Positions 51,646 to 64,000 of a stretch of 64,000 nt of DNA are shown here, in pieces. The DNA is taken from contig MU054187.1 of NCBI GenBank assembly GCA_013239625.1, positions 21,827,280 through 21,891,279 on the forward strand, read 5' to 3'. This DNA is from Lama guanicoe. Its lineage: Eukaryota. The notes below the pieces were generated by a model that had not been told where the DNA came from, made no database searches, and saw only the letters and a program-made list of their open reading frames with translations. The stretch's first letter is position 1, and every line of letters starts with the position of its first letter. A program made the translations under genes and the position numbers.

Positions 51646-52809
51646 AGAGGATTTTCATAGAACGATCAGAGCATAGCCAGACCATTTTATATCACTGCCA
51701 ATTCCATGCTTCAGGGAAGAAAGCATTAATACTTCATGAGCAGAAAGTTTCAAAGTCAGCCGACCGGAAGACATGGACGACATCATATAGCTGTCATCCT
51801 TCCGGTTCCCTTCTCTGTGGCACAGTTGTCCTGTGGGTCCTGTCTTCAGAAGGTTTCAAACAAGGATGCTGTTGGCCTTGGTCTCGGTATTCTTACAATT
51901 ACTCTCCATCACTTGAGCTACCTGGATGGGGTCTTTATTCCCTCCAAAAGTATCCAAAAGAAGCTGCTGAACATGGGTGTCATAAAAAAGGAGAGAGCAC
52001 ACTGTAGTATTAAAACAAGTTTAATCCATTTTCTGAATTTTTCAAATCATCTCTCCTAGTCAGAAAATATGCTCTTTGAGCAAGAATCATATATAGTCAT
52101 CAAATATGTTTGCCAGGACAGAATTTCCATACAATGAAAACCCTTTTCTGCCTCATATCTTCCTTCTTGAGTGCATTAGTTCCAATGAGACTATAACTTC
52201 TGGTTTCTGAATAAAGTAAAAATTTGATAAATTAAGGTTTACCTATGCCACAAATCTTTACAATGACCTTCCCTCATTTCCTTTATCAGTTTAATTGTAG
52301 CCTACTTTTTATTTCCTTAATGCTGGCATAGTGCTAACACATGATTGAAAATTAACTTAAACTTTGTCCTCGTTCATATTGTATAATATTTCCATAACTT
52401 TATTTTTAAAAAGCATAGAAATTCAGTTATAAGAAACAGATTCTTAATAGAAAGTTAATACTGTCATGCGGCTAAAACGTGTAGACCTTTCTTCAGCCCT
52501 GGCTTCTCTACAATAGCCTGTCCTCTCCTCTCAAGGAGCTTACTGTCCAGTGGAGGAGACAAAAATGTAAAATAAATTCAATATAATGTTAGACTGTTAG
52601 AATGGAGATAGGTGGGAAATATTCAGAGAGAGTAGAATTGTCCCTGGCTGACAAAGACAGGGGAGGTGAATGTTGGAGAATGCGGGTGACCTGTTAATTA
52701 ACTGAATTGAGACTTGTTTTGAACAGAGAGAATAGCAGCTTTAAAAACAGAGTGAAGAGGGGAAAGGACATTTGGGTTCAGGAACTACAAGTAATTCGGT
52801 TCACATAGT

Positions 52810-53310
52810 ATGTCTGTGCTTTCTGTTTGGCCACAATGAAGCTCTGTAACAAATCACCCCACATCTGGTGGCTTAAACAATCACCATGTATTATTCATCA
52901 TGCATCTATGGGAAAACTGAGGGGTTCTGCTCATCTAGCCACATTCTGTCCATCAAAACAGAGTTCACTCTTGCATCTGTGACCTTCTGGTGTGTAGCTG
53001 GGAGCTGGTGGTCTACCATGGCCTCGGCTAGGATGGCTTGTCTCCGTTCTGTGTGAACACTGATTCTCCACCAAACTGCCCAAGGCTTGTTTTTGTGGCA
53101 GAGACCAGGTTCTAAGACAGAATGAAAGCACCACGAGGACTTCTGAGGACTGGATATGGAACCACTGCCCCATCACGTTCTATTAGGCAAAGCAAGTGAC
53201 TGGGCCAGCACAGATCTGAGGAGTAGGAAAGTCAGGAGGCACTGCAGAGTCACGTGGCAGAGTGTGGCGGGGTAGGGAATAGGGTCACTTTTTGCTGTCA
53301 ATCTATGTCA
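52810..53310 (-). mobile_element. MaLR (MLT1-like) LTR, old
   Basis: Motifs ctgtaacaaatcacccc...tggcttaaacaa and catcacgttctattaggcaaagcaagtgactgggccagcacagat. Confidence 0.65.
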
Positions 53311-54890
53311 CCATGTAGGAATGGAAGGGGCACGTGAGGAGAGGCTGGAAAGTTTGTAGCACCCCATGCCTTGTAAATGGAGGTAAGAAACGCGAACTGG
53401 AGGGTCAAGTGAGACTTGAAAGGATTTGAGACAGAGCAGTGACTGGATAAGTTTCTCACTTTAGGAAAATAACTCTGGCAGCAAAGAAGAGGATGGATTG
53501 GAGGCGTCAGACCTTTTCCTTGTAAACAAGTATCTGAGATGGAACTCTGCATAGTTATCTATTTATTTATATCCCACCTCATTCCAAAAAAGATATGATG
53601 CCACAACTCTTCCATAGTTGCTATCAAAAATATGTGTATTTATGCCCTGTCTACTTCTGAAAGGAATTCAAAGCAGCTCTAGTTGAATCCGGCCCAAAAA
53701 ATCATCTTGGAAGTATGTCGTTGTCTGTCTTAGCTGAGCTACCAGTAAATGAAACTCCCAGAGCTTCTCGCCAGAGTATTCCTGGAGGTGAAATAAACAG
53801 AGGTGAATTTGGCTGCTTAAAAACACATGTAAGCTCTTTATTTAGAACTCTGATTGCATGGTGGCTGAAGAGAAAGAAAGGTATGGCAAAGCAGGATGAG
53901 TTCAAAAAGAATATTTGCCATTCCAGTTCATCTTAGGAAACGCTGCAATCATTTCTGCTTAGCAGACACAAAAATAGGCTGGTAACGCCGATACCCTGTG
54001 TGGAGAACAAAGCTGAAATAACCAAAAAGCCTCTGCAGAGACTGAACCAGTGACTGGCAAAGGCTCTCAGTCTGTTGTTAATGCTGGAACAGACTTGAAA
54101 AGATCTGTGTTTGGTTTCACTCTGTATTTGCATATGAAAGCAAAGTCAAGTAGAAGCCAGGGTTAGAAGCACTCAGATTTTCATAGGAGGGTCTTCTTGA
54201 AACTCAATCAGTTTGGTTTCTAACAACCAACAGGGAAAATTCACTTCTTAAGTTCAATGTTGGTCAATGTGCTAAATCCAATAGTTTTTAGGATGAAGAA
54301 CCTCGATCCTACTATTTTCAATGGATTGACCTACATTTATTGAAGATGCATGGTGCAGCCCTATGCTGGATACTGGGGCTACAGAGATGGGTAAAATATG
54401 CTCCTATTCTTGCATTGTTCACAGACAGACACAGAGTAAGACAAAGGGCCACAGAATTTGTTAAGTGCTGGTACCTAAATGTGCCGTGAGACCCCAGGAA
54501 AGGGGACAGAGGCTTGGTTTAACGTGTGTTACCGCCTTTTTGTCACAGAGTTCATATTCTTGGGACAAAAGGCAAAACAGAACAGTGTTCCCGCTTTCTG
54601 CACACTAACCTGTGCTGAGGCTCATTTACTCACGGACCTCCGTTACCCAGGCGATAGACGATGCTTCCAGCTGGTACTACTTGTGCTTCTTGCGTCCAAA
54701 ATGATCCCCGAGAGCCTGTGACACTAAATGGTGTGTATGCACAATTGAGGTGTTTGTCTTTTTATTTACAGAGACGATACTAGTAAGTAGGGTGATACAA
54801 GTCCTCCACATCTTGGTGCACCCCCAGTTTATGCCTGTTATCCCAGAGTATTTGTTAGTAACACCCCTCTCTAAAGAGTACGACTTCGGA

Positions 54891-55681
54891 GAAAACCTAC
54901 GAAATGGGAGAAAATTTTTGTAAGTGAAACCAACAAAGGCTTATCTCCAGAATACATAAGCAGCTCATACGACTCAATAAGAAAAAAATAAACAACCCAA
55001 TCCAAAAATGGGCAGAAGACCTAAACAAGCAATTCTCCAAGGAAGACATACAAATGATCAAAAAGCACATGAAAAAATGCTCAATATCACTAATTATCAG
55101 AGAAATGCAAATCAAAACTACAATGAGGTATCACCTCACACCAGTCAGAATGGCCGTCATTCAAAAATCCACAAATGACAAATGCTGGAGAGGCTGTGGA
55201 GAAAGGGGAACCCTCCTACACTGCTGGTGGGAATGCAGTTTGGTGCAGCCACTATGGAAAACAGTGTGGAGATTCCTCAAAAGACTAGGAATAGACTTAC
55301 CATATGACCCAGGAATCCCACTCCTGGGCTAAGAGAAAGAAAAATACCATATGAGATCGCTCATATGTGGAATCTAAAAAACAAAAACAAAACCAAACAA
55401 ACAAACAAAAACAAAGCATAAATACAGGACAGAAATAGACTCACAGACAAAGAATACAGACTTGTGGTTACCAGGGGGGTGGAGAATAGATTGTACAATA
55501 GATAAACAAGATTACGCTGTATAGCACAGGGAAATATACACAAAATGTTATGATAACTCACAGAGAAAAAATGTGACAATGAGTGTGTATATGTCCATGA
55601 ATGACTGAAAAATTGTGCTGAACACTGGAATTTGACACAACATTGTAAAATGATTATAAATCAATAAAAAATTTTAAAAAA
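54891..55681 (+). mobile_element. Young 5'-truncated L1 with an internal deletion
   Basis: ORF 55054..55332 is L1 ORF2p C-terminus nearly identical to ORF 20607..20948; AATAAA and A tail; perfect 18-bp TSD AAAGAGTACGACTTCGGA at 54873-54890 and 55682-55699. Confidence 0.95.
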
Positions 55682-57577
55682 AAAGAGTACGACTTCGGAT
55701 GATAAATTATATAGTCACCGTATTATTGCGAATGGGAGATCCTCAGTTAAACATGAGCAACTGAGCTGGCTTTCCAGTCGTGATTTCTCTGGTGGGCTCA
55801 AAGTTATCTCCACTCTGCTGCACAATCCCTCTTATGATCAGGGATGTGAAATCTCACAATGCCTAGCCTAATTTAAACAGTGTTGTTTGTGGTCGTGCAA
55901 CCAAGTTTTTCTCAGAGCAAGGCTGACTCGTCCATGTGGAGATTATGACCATGGGAACCCATTACTCCCCTGCATTACCCAAGAGGGAAGCTGACCCCCA
56001 TCACAGCTTGATAATTGCAACCTTGGCAAAGAGGAGGAAAGACATCCTGTCTGTGCACTTTGCACCTGAACAAAAATTCGCAGGCCAGTCTTGAATTTTC
56101 CACACAGTGTTACTTCAATTCTCGAGTATTTGTTAAATATTTGTCATACTTCCTAAAATACGCTGAAAATAAAGGTTTTAAAGAGAATTTTTAAAGTTAC
56201 CAGGACAGAACCTTTTCTGCTTGAGGTTGGAGGGGGCAGGGATTTAAGCCTCTAGTCTCTTTTCCTGTCATAAATTATGCATTGGTTTTTCATGAAAATT
56301 GATGGCTCATTGATCAACCATCCTTGGGTCCTTTACAAATTGGACGTTACTCAACCATTCTTTGTTTGGTTACTAGGTTGGATTTCTTTATTAACTGCTC
56401 TTTGGAAAGAGCCCAGTTTGAATGTAACTTCATTCCATGAACTACTGGAAAGACAGACCATGGTCTCCAGGTCAGTTTTGAGTCTGAGCTTTGCCAGACT
56501 ATAGCTGTGTGACCTGGCGTAGGTTGCTTACTTTTCAGACCACAGTTGTATTATTTGTCAAATGAGGATATTAGGGTCTAGCTCTTTATGGTGTCGTGAG
56601 GACCATAATAAGCATTTATATCTGGTAGATACTCAACTCATGCTAATTTCTTTCTCTTCTCATCCTACTAAAGAAAATATCTGTCCCAACCTTTTGATTC
56701 TATAATTGTAGGAATTTTATTTTACCCCCATGAAACTACCTATAATAAAAGAAATCTTTGAATATAAATGTCCTTAAGTAATATAAATACTCTTGGAGTG
56801 ACACCAGTGGTTCTTTAGGCTTCAGATCTGGGGACTCTTTTGCTAATTCCAGTGAAGTTGTCTAGCTTAAGGACATGAAAAACTGGTAGGCTGTTTCTAT
56901 CTGTACATATGAAGTATTAGATTAAACATTTGTTAATTAACTTAAATATAGCTTTCTAAAATTAGCTGGGGTTACTTTTGTAAAAAGGTTTTAAAATATG
57001 TAAAAAGACAGGTTGCTCCAGCAATAGACAATACTGGCCACATAAAAATAGTAGACACTGTCACCTTGTTCTGGAAGAAATACATTGCAGCATGTGAGAC
57101 AGTTTTAGAAGGGTGAACTTGGAGAGTATGTCCAAAAGCGGAAATTCTTTAGAGGACACATACTGATTATAAGACATTCATGGTATAAGTCAAATGCTTT
57201 TTTTAAAAATGTCATTTAGAGGGAACAGATAGATCTTCTGCTGGGAGAACATACTCCATTGGTAGCCCAGTGGAAAGATATCTGATGAGGACTGGAAAAG
57301 GGACAAGTATGCATGGAGGTGTTGGAAGTGGAAGAACGGAGCACAAAAACAGTGGGGGGCAGAGAGGCAGGTGCTGCATGTGAAAGGGAGACTTTGAAGG
57401 GGGAATATGATGACACCAACTGGAACTGAGAAACTAAATCAGGGAAATATCTTCTAGTTATTTGTGCAAATGTCACCCTGGCAGGGAAGAAAACGACCAC
57501 CCATGCTCTAACACCGCTCACCCTTTTTTTTATTAACCTCTCATCTTTTTATTTTTTTCTCGAAAGTACTGATTATG

Positions 57578-57735
57578 TTTTTTATTGAAGTATAGTCAGT
57601 TTACAATGTTGTGTCAATTTCTGGTGTACATCATAGTGCTTCAGTCATATGTGAACATACGTATATTCATTTTCATATTCTTTTTCACCATAAGTTACTA
57701 CAAGATATTGAATATAGTTCCCTGTGCTATACAAT
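57578..57735 (-). mobile_element. Short L1 3'-end fragment
   Basis: ttttattgaagtatagtcagtttacaatgttgtgtcaatttctggtgtac...tatagttccctgtgctatac. Confidence 0.8.
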
Positions 57736-59019
57736 TTGCTTATCAATTCTGTGTATTGTCCATCTCCCCCAGCTGGGATAAATGAGGGCAAGGACTGTCC
57801 ATTTTTTCTTTTGGTTACTTTTATATCCGGGGCATATAGTAATCCTGATTTCGTCAAGGAATGAATGATGAATGAATGTCCATGTAAACCAACTATCTTA
57901 GGATGAAAAATATGGTATCTTCTAGGAGAAAGGAATATTGCATGTTAATTCTATTCAAAAAATTGTTTTTCACTCTTTAATTCAACAGTTATTTACTGAG
58001 CACATACTACACGCCAGGTACAGATCTAGGACCTGAGAGCATAGCAATAATCAAAGCAGACAAAGCCCCTGACCCCACCAAGTTTACATTCTAGTTGAGA
58101 GACAGATAATAAACAAGGCATGCTGTTGCTAAATCTCACAGGCAGTTTTTATTCAAAATTTATTGACTTATATGCTCACATGTATAAACTCTGGCAGAAT
58201 ATGAGGTAGATAGAAGATCTCTAAAACCAGAAAATTCTCATTCTAAATATATGCCTACAAAAGATTTCTTAGAGTGAATCCTTCATTAAGTTGATTTTGG
58301 GGCATTTTGCTTTTTATTTATTTGTGTTTCTTTGCAGATGTAGGTATTACTGACATGGTGTATTTGTCTCCATTCGATACATACAAAAATAGCAGTGTGC
58401 ATGCCCCAGATATAAAAGGACCAAAGAACGGTGTGATTTTAACCTCCAGAAAGAATCAGAGAGGGAAACACAAATACTAGGAGCAAGGTCACATGGAGAA
58501 GAGAGACACAAGAAAGAGAGAGGTGAATGTGCCATATATTCTGGAACACATTCTCATCTTCATTCTCACCTCCTTCCCCCTGCAAAGGGACAGAACATAA
58601 AATGCACCTGGTTATGAACATTAGTAAAAAATTTAAAAATTTTATTATTCAATGAATATGAGGCAACCATAGTCTTGTTTGCCAGTTAATTCTGGCTAAA
58701 GATAAAAACAAAGTCACTTAACTAAGAGAAACACCAAAAAGGGCAAAGACATGTAAAATTAAGAAATATGTAGGAGTACTAACATTATGCTAACATTTGG
58801 AATGAGCTAAACTTTGTGAAAAATGTAAAGAACAACATGTTAACTATTATGCCTGACATGTCAAATGTAATTGTACGCCATGTTTCTTTATGACTTTTAC
58901 TAACCAGGATTCTTTGCAAAGATTTTGGCTACCTCTTAGAGTACATGCTAGCATCTAGAAAACGATCAGCTTCTGTTTTTTGGCAAGTGGAGTGGTTTTT
59001 AAATTGTAAAGGGTAGAAC

Positions 59020-60100
59020 AAATAAAAGGATTATAAAAGAATACTATGAATCGCTGTGTGCCAACAAATTAAATAATCTAGATGAAATGGACAAATTCTT
59101 AGAAAGACCTAAGCTACCAAAAATAACTAAAAAAGAAAATAGAAAAATCTAAATAGACTTATAACAAGTAAAGAGATTGAATCAGTAACTAGTAAATTTC
59201 CAATAAGAAAAGTTCATGACCAGATGGCTTCACCGGTGAATTCTTCCCAACATTAAAGAATAATTAACACTAGGCCTTTTCAAAACTCATCAAAAAGTAA
59301 AATCTTTTCAAACTCTTCCTAAAACTTCCAAGCTCATTCTATAAGACTGTGATACCAAAACGAGAAAAATAGATAACAAGAAAAGAAAACTTAGACCATT
59401 GTCCCTTGTGAATTAAGATGGAAATCAAAACCACAGTGAAATACTACTTCACACTCACTAGGATAGCTATAATAATCTTTGAAGGTGGGGGAGATATTTT
59501 TGCTGTTCCTCAATATAATTATATATGTTTACAGTTAAACACAGAATTACTATCTGATCCAGCAATCCAACTCCCAGGTATATACCCAACGCAACTGAAA
59601 AGAGAGATTCAGATACCTTTACACCAATGTTTATTGAAGCATTGTTCATAATTGCCAAAGATGGAAAAGACCCAAATGTCCATCAATTAATGGGCAACAA
59701 TGAATAAACAAAATGCCATATATCATTCAATGGAATATTAGTGTGTCATAAAAAGAATGAAGTACTGACACAAGCTACATGAGTGAACCTTAAAACATTA
59801 AGCTAAATGAAAAATCCGGGCATGACAGACCACATATTATATGACTCCATTTATGTGTAATGTCCAGAGTAAGCAAATCTAGAGAAAGAAGATTCGTGAT
59901 TGTTAGTGCTGGTGGGAGAGGGGTTGGGGAGGGACTGCTTAATATATATGGCATTTCTTTGGGGGATGATGAGAATGTTCTGGAATTAGATAGTGGAATG
60001 GTTCCACGTGTTGAGAATGTACTAAAAGCCACTGGTGTGTATACTTTGAAATGGTTAAAATGGCGAATTTTATGTTAGGTGAAGTTTACCTCAATAAAAA
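59020..60100 (+). mobile_element. Old L1 (ORF2 pieces and 3'UTR, internally deleted)
   Basis: gatgaaatggacaaattc, ccagatggcttcaccggtgaattc, then a jump near 59415 to C-terminal and 3'UTR motifs ending cctcaataaaaa. Confidence 0.8.
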
Positions 60101-60416
60101 TACATGCAAGGCTGATAGGAAAATAGGGTTTGGGATACAAACACATAAATCCCTCAGTGGCACATTAAAAACAGGTAGAAATATAATTTATGAAACTAAT
60201 AGGAGTCGAATAAAATTGGTAGCATAGTCTTACAGATATTAAGATTAAGAAATGGATAAATACTGTAATACGTATTGTACTTTACCTTGAAAAATATCTG
60301 AAGGGCGCTCACAGAAGTGGGTGCCTGCACTCCCAGCAGGTTTCCCTGTCTGGGCTCCCAGATCCATCACCACGTGTACCAGAGGAAGAAGGCAAAGTAA
60401 GAGAGAAAACAGAGAA

Positions 60417-60475
<59 letters not shown>
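60417..60475. repeat. (AAT)n microsatellite
   Basis: About 19 uninterrupted AAT units; source of the poly-I and poly-N ORFs. Confidence 0.97.
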
Positions 60476-60479
<4 letters not shown>

Positions 60480-61019
60480 CAAGCTGAGAGGCAATGGGAA
60501 TATTAAGGAGAGGTTAAGGCAGGAGCCACGTGGCTTTGGCCATCAAAAGGCTTATAGCTTGAGAGTTTCCGAGAAGTGGTGACAGCTGTTAAAAGGAACT
60601 TTGTAACACCAGATTTGGATGGATGTGGCCCAGTGTAGTCATGAAGTATGTGCCTGTATGCATTTTAAACATCCCTACACAGCTCCATTCAGCCCAGTGC
60701 AGTCTACTACACTCACTTAACAGTTCCGGTTGGAATAACTTAAGATTTTCAAAACATGCATTAAAGCAGAACTGATTGTATTTTATACATTTTTCGTATA
60801 ACTAGGGCAAATTTTTAAGATTACCCTAAAACTCAACAAATAGTAGGTTCTTAAAGATTAACTTCAATGTAGACTCTAAACGCATATTAATAAGTTCTTC
60901 ACATAGTTATATTAAAATTCATGGCCTATCTTGTACTTTAAATAGATTGTTTACCCATGTGTGATTTTGTAATATCATCCTTTGGCCATTTGGAAAATAT
61001 TGGTTCATTGAGTTACTAG

Positions 61020-63392
61020 CAAAACGAATCCAACAACATTAAAAACAAAAAAAGGATTATATTCCATGACCACATAGGATTTATCCCAGAATGCAAGGTT
61101 GTTTCAACATATGAAAATAAATCAATGTAATGCACCATATTAATAGCATAAAGGGCAGAAAACACCTGATCATCTCAACAGATTCAGAAAAGCATTTGAC
61201 AAAATCCAGTATCCTTTCATGATTAAAAAAAATTAACAAATCAGGAATAGAAGAAAACTTCCCCAACTTGATAGAGGTCATCTACAAAACCCTATGGCTA
61301 ACGTCATACTTACTAGTAAATGCCTGAAAGCTTTTCCCCCAAATCAGGAATAGGGCAAGGATATCCATTCTCACCACTTCAACATTCAACATACAGTTCA
61401 GCACTGTGGAGTTTTAATCAGCATAATTAAGCACGAAAGGGAAAGGAAGAAGTAAAACTACTTGTATTTGTAGAGGACATGATCTTATATCTGAAAAATC
61501 CTAGGGAAGACAGGATAAAAAGCACCTATTCCAGCTAATAAACAAGTTCAACAAGGTTTCAGCATACATGTAATTATGCAAAAATCAGTTATATTTCTGT
61601 AACACTAGCAATGAAAAATCTGAAATTTTTGAAAGTTCCATTTACATAGCTTCAAAAAGAATAAAATTGTTACAAGTAAAATCAACAAAAGGAGTTCATG
61701 ACTTATATGCTGAAAATGACAAAATTTCACTGAAAGAAATTAAAGGCTTAATAAATGAGAAGATATCCTATGTCATGGATTGAAAAACCTGATATTGTTA
61801 AGATGGCAATACTCCCCAAACTGATCTTCACAGTCAGTGCAATTCCTATAAAAATCCCAGCTGTCTTTTTTATTTTTTAACAGAAATGGGCAGTTTATTT
61901 TAAAATTTAGATAGAAATGCAAGAGACTCAGATAGCTCAAACAATCTTGGAAAACAACAAAAATGAAGGACACACATTTACCAATTTCAAAACTTACTAC
62001 AAAGCTGTAGTATTCAAAACAGTGTGGTACTGGCATAAGGAAGGACATATAGGACACTAGCTGACATTTGAAAGTACAGAAATAAACATTTACAGTCAAC
62101 TGATTTTCAACAAGGGTTCCAAGAATATTCAACGCAGAAAGGTAAACCTGCACAACAAACTATGCTGGGACAACTGGATATCTATATGCAATAGAATGAA
62201 GATGAACCAACTATCTAACACCATATACAAAAATTAATTCCAAGTGGGCAAAGGCCTGAATTTAAAACTATGAAACTCTTAGAAGAAAACATTAAAGAAA
62301 ACAGACATAAATTTTATAACCTCGGATTAGTCAACAGTTTGCCTAAGATATCCAAGGATAACCCATGGAATAGGAGGAAATATTTGCAAATCATATATCT
62401 GATACAGGACTAGGATCCAGAATATAAAAGACTTCTTGTAGCTCAACAGTAAAAAGACAAATATCACTATTGAAAAATGGGTAAATACTTTGGATAGGCA
62501 TTCTTCAAAGAAGATGTGCAAATGGCCAATAAGCACGCATAAAGATGCCCGAAAGCATTAGTCATTGTGGAAATGCAAGCCAAAACCATTATGAGACACC
62601 ACTACATACCCACTAAGATGTCTATAATCAGAATGTTGAACAAGGACAAGTGTTGGCTAGAATGTGGAGAAGTTGGAATCCTCTTATGCTGCTGATGGGA
62701 ACATAAAATGGTGCGACTGCTTTTGAAAACAATTCATTAGAAGGTTAAACGGGGTGGGAGGTAGGGAGGATAGTATACCTCAGTGGCAGAGTGCATGCTT
62801 AGCATGCATGAGGTCCCGGATTCAATCCCCAGTACCTCCATTAAAAAAAAAAAAAAAGGTTTAACAGTGTATCCCTGTTACACTCATGGGTGTACATCCA
62901 AGAGAAATGAAAATACATGCCCACCCCAAAACTTGCATGCAAATGCTCGTAGCAACATTATTCATAATAGTCAGAAAATTGAAACAACACCAATGCCTAT
63001 CAGTTGATGAATGAATAAGTAACATGTGGTACATCCAAACAATATTATTTGGCCCTAAAAAGGAATGAAGTAATGATATAGGATGGAGTCTAGATGAACA
63101 CTGAAAAGCTTATGCTAAATGGAAGATTGCAATCACAGAAGACAACCTATTAAATGATTCTATTTATCTAAAATGTTAAGAACTAAAAAGTAAATCAGTG
63201 GTTGTCTAGGACCGACGGTTTGAGAGAAAATGAGAAATGACTGCTAATGGATACAAGATTTCTTTTCTAGATGATGAAAATATTCTGAAATAAGATTCCG
63301 ATGTTTGCACAACTCCGCAAATACACTAAAAGTCACTAGGCTGTACACTTTCAGAGGGTGAATTTTATGTTTAAATTACATCTTGATAAAAA
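61020..63392 (+). mobile_element. Old L1 (RT to 3'UTR, degenerate) with a nested SINE
   Basis: RT-region motifs (ggatttatcccagaatgcaaggttgtttcaacat; gaaaagcatttgacaaaatcca), post-RT and 3'UTR motifs, many stops. Confidence 0.85.
62751..62856 (+). mobile_element. Camelid tRNA-derived SINE nested in L1
   Basis: tatacctcagtggcagagtgcatgcttagcatgcatgaggtcccggattcaatccccagtacctcc plus A tail; flanked by AAGGTTAAAC / AAGGTTTAAC. Confidence 0.88.
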
Positions 63393-64000
63393 TGGAGAGA
63401 TACGGTGGTTATTAGGAGCTAGCAGTGGATCATTTAAGAATAAATAATACCTTAATAATCTCATTAACTACCATTTTTTCATAAGTGGGCTAGACAGATA
63501 GATCAGAGAAATGACATAAACATAGACAAAGTATCTTGATATAAATAGGTAATTTGACCATATCATTGTTTAGTTATTTATTCAGTAATTCATTTTGCAA
63601 ATTTACTGAGAATCGGCCTGAAGTACGCTGGCTGTTAGAGATTCATTGATCAATATGACGCAGCTCTTCATGGAACTAGCCTAATTAAGATCTGTTTGGT
63701 AAAGTAGGATGGAGAAGCTCAGAGAGGTTCAATAACTGGCCCAATGTCACACAGGTAGTCAGTGACAAAGCAAAGATTTGAACCCAGTTATATTTGGCTC
63801 CAATGCCAATGATATTCCATTACTTCACACTTCCAACAGCAGCTTCATTGTAGGCAAGAATAAGAACTAGGTAACAGTGTAATTAAGGAGATTTACAAAG
63901 AGTGGAATAACTCTATGCAGAGAATAAACACATTTATGTATGAATTCAAGGACTGATCGCAACCTGGAGGGACATCCCCACAGGGGTCAAAGGGTTCTTC

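Noticed and set aside
58405..58530. TATAAAAGG on the plus strand as a possible promoter of the neighbouring CA3 gene
   Set aside because: No CpG island and no carbonic anhydrase exon downstream within the window; an isolated TATA is uninformative.
60309..60506. Poly-Ile and poly-Asn ORFs (and poly-Lys ORF at 51588)
   Set aside because: Translations of simple repeats.

Overview
Mammalian (almost certainly camelid, from the tRNA-derived SINE family and L1 3' ends) genomic DNA carrying the 5' two-thirds of carbonic anhydrase 1 (CA1) on the minus strand. Four coding exons (5523-5559, 4183-4380, 2572-2690, 441-536) join in frame to give 150 codons with all three zinc-ligand histidines; the rest of the gene runs off the left edge. 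A proximal colon-type promoter lies just upstream of the ATG exon, a remnant of the 54-nt alternative 5'UTR exon lies at 16206-16259 with a GC donor, and the distal erythroid-type promoter/first exon lies ~33.8 kb upstream at ~39394-39545. That distal promoter sits inside an LTR (~39320-39806) that is still attached, through a polypurine-tract-like junction, to a decayed proviral body with a recognisable env transmembrane subunit (fusion peptide, immunosuppressive-domain-like segment, cysteine loop, membrane anchor). The remainder is interspersed repeats (young and old L1s, several with target-site duplications and two with inversions; SINEs; MaLR LTRs; MIR/L2; a hAT-like element), microsatellites and one 600-N assembly gap. 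No other protein-coding gene was recognised. Repeat family names and comparisons with human CA1 come from memory, not from a database search.
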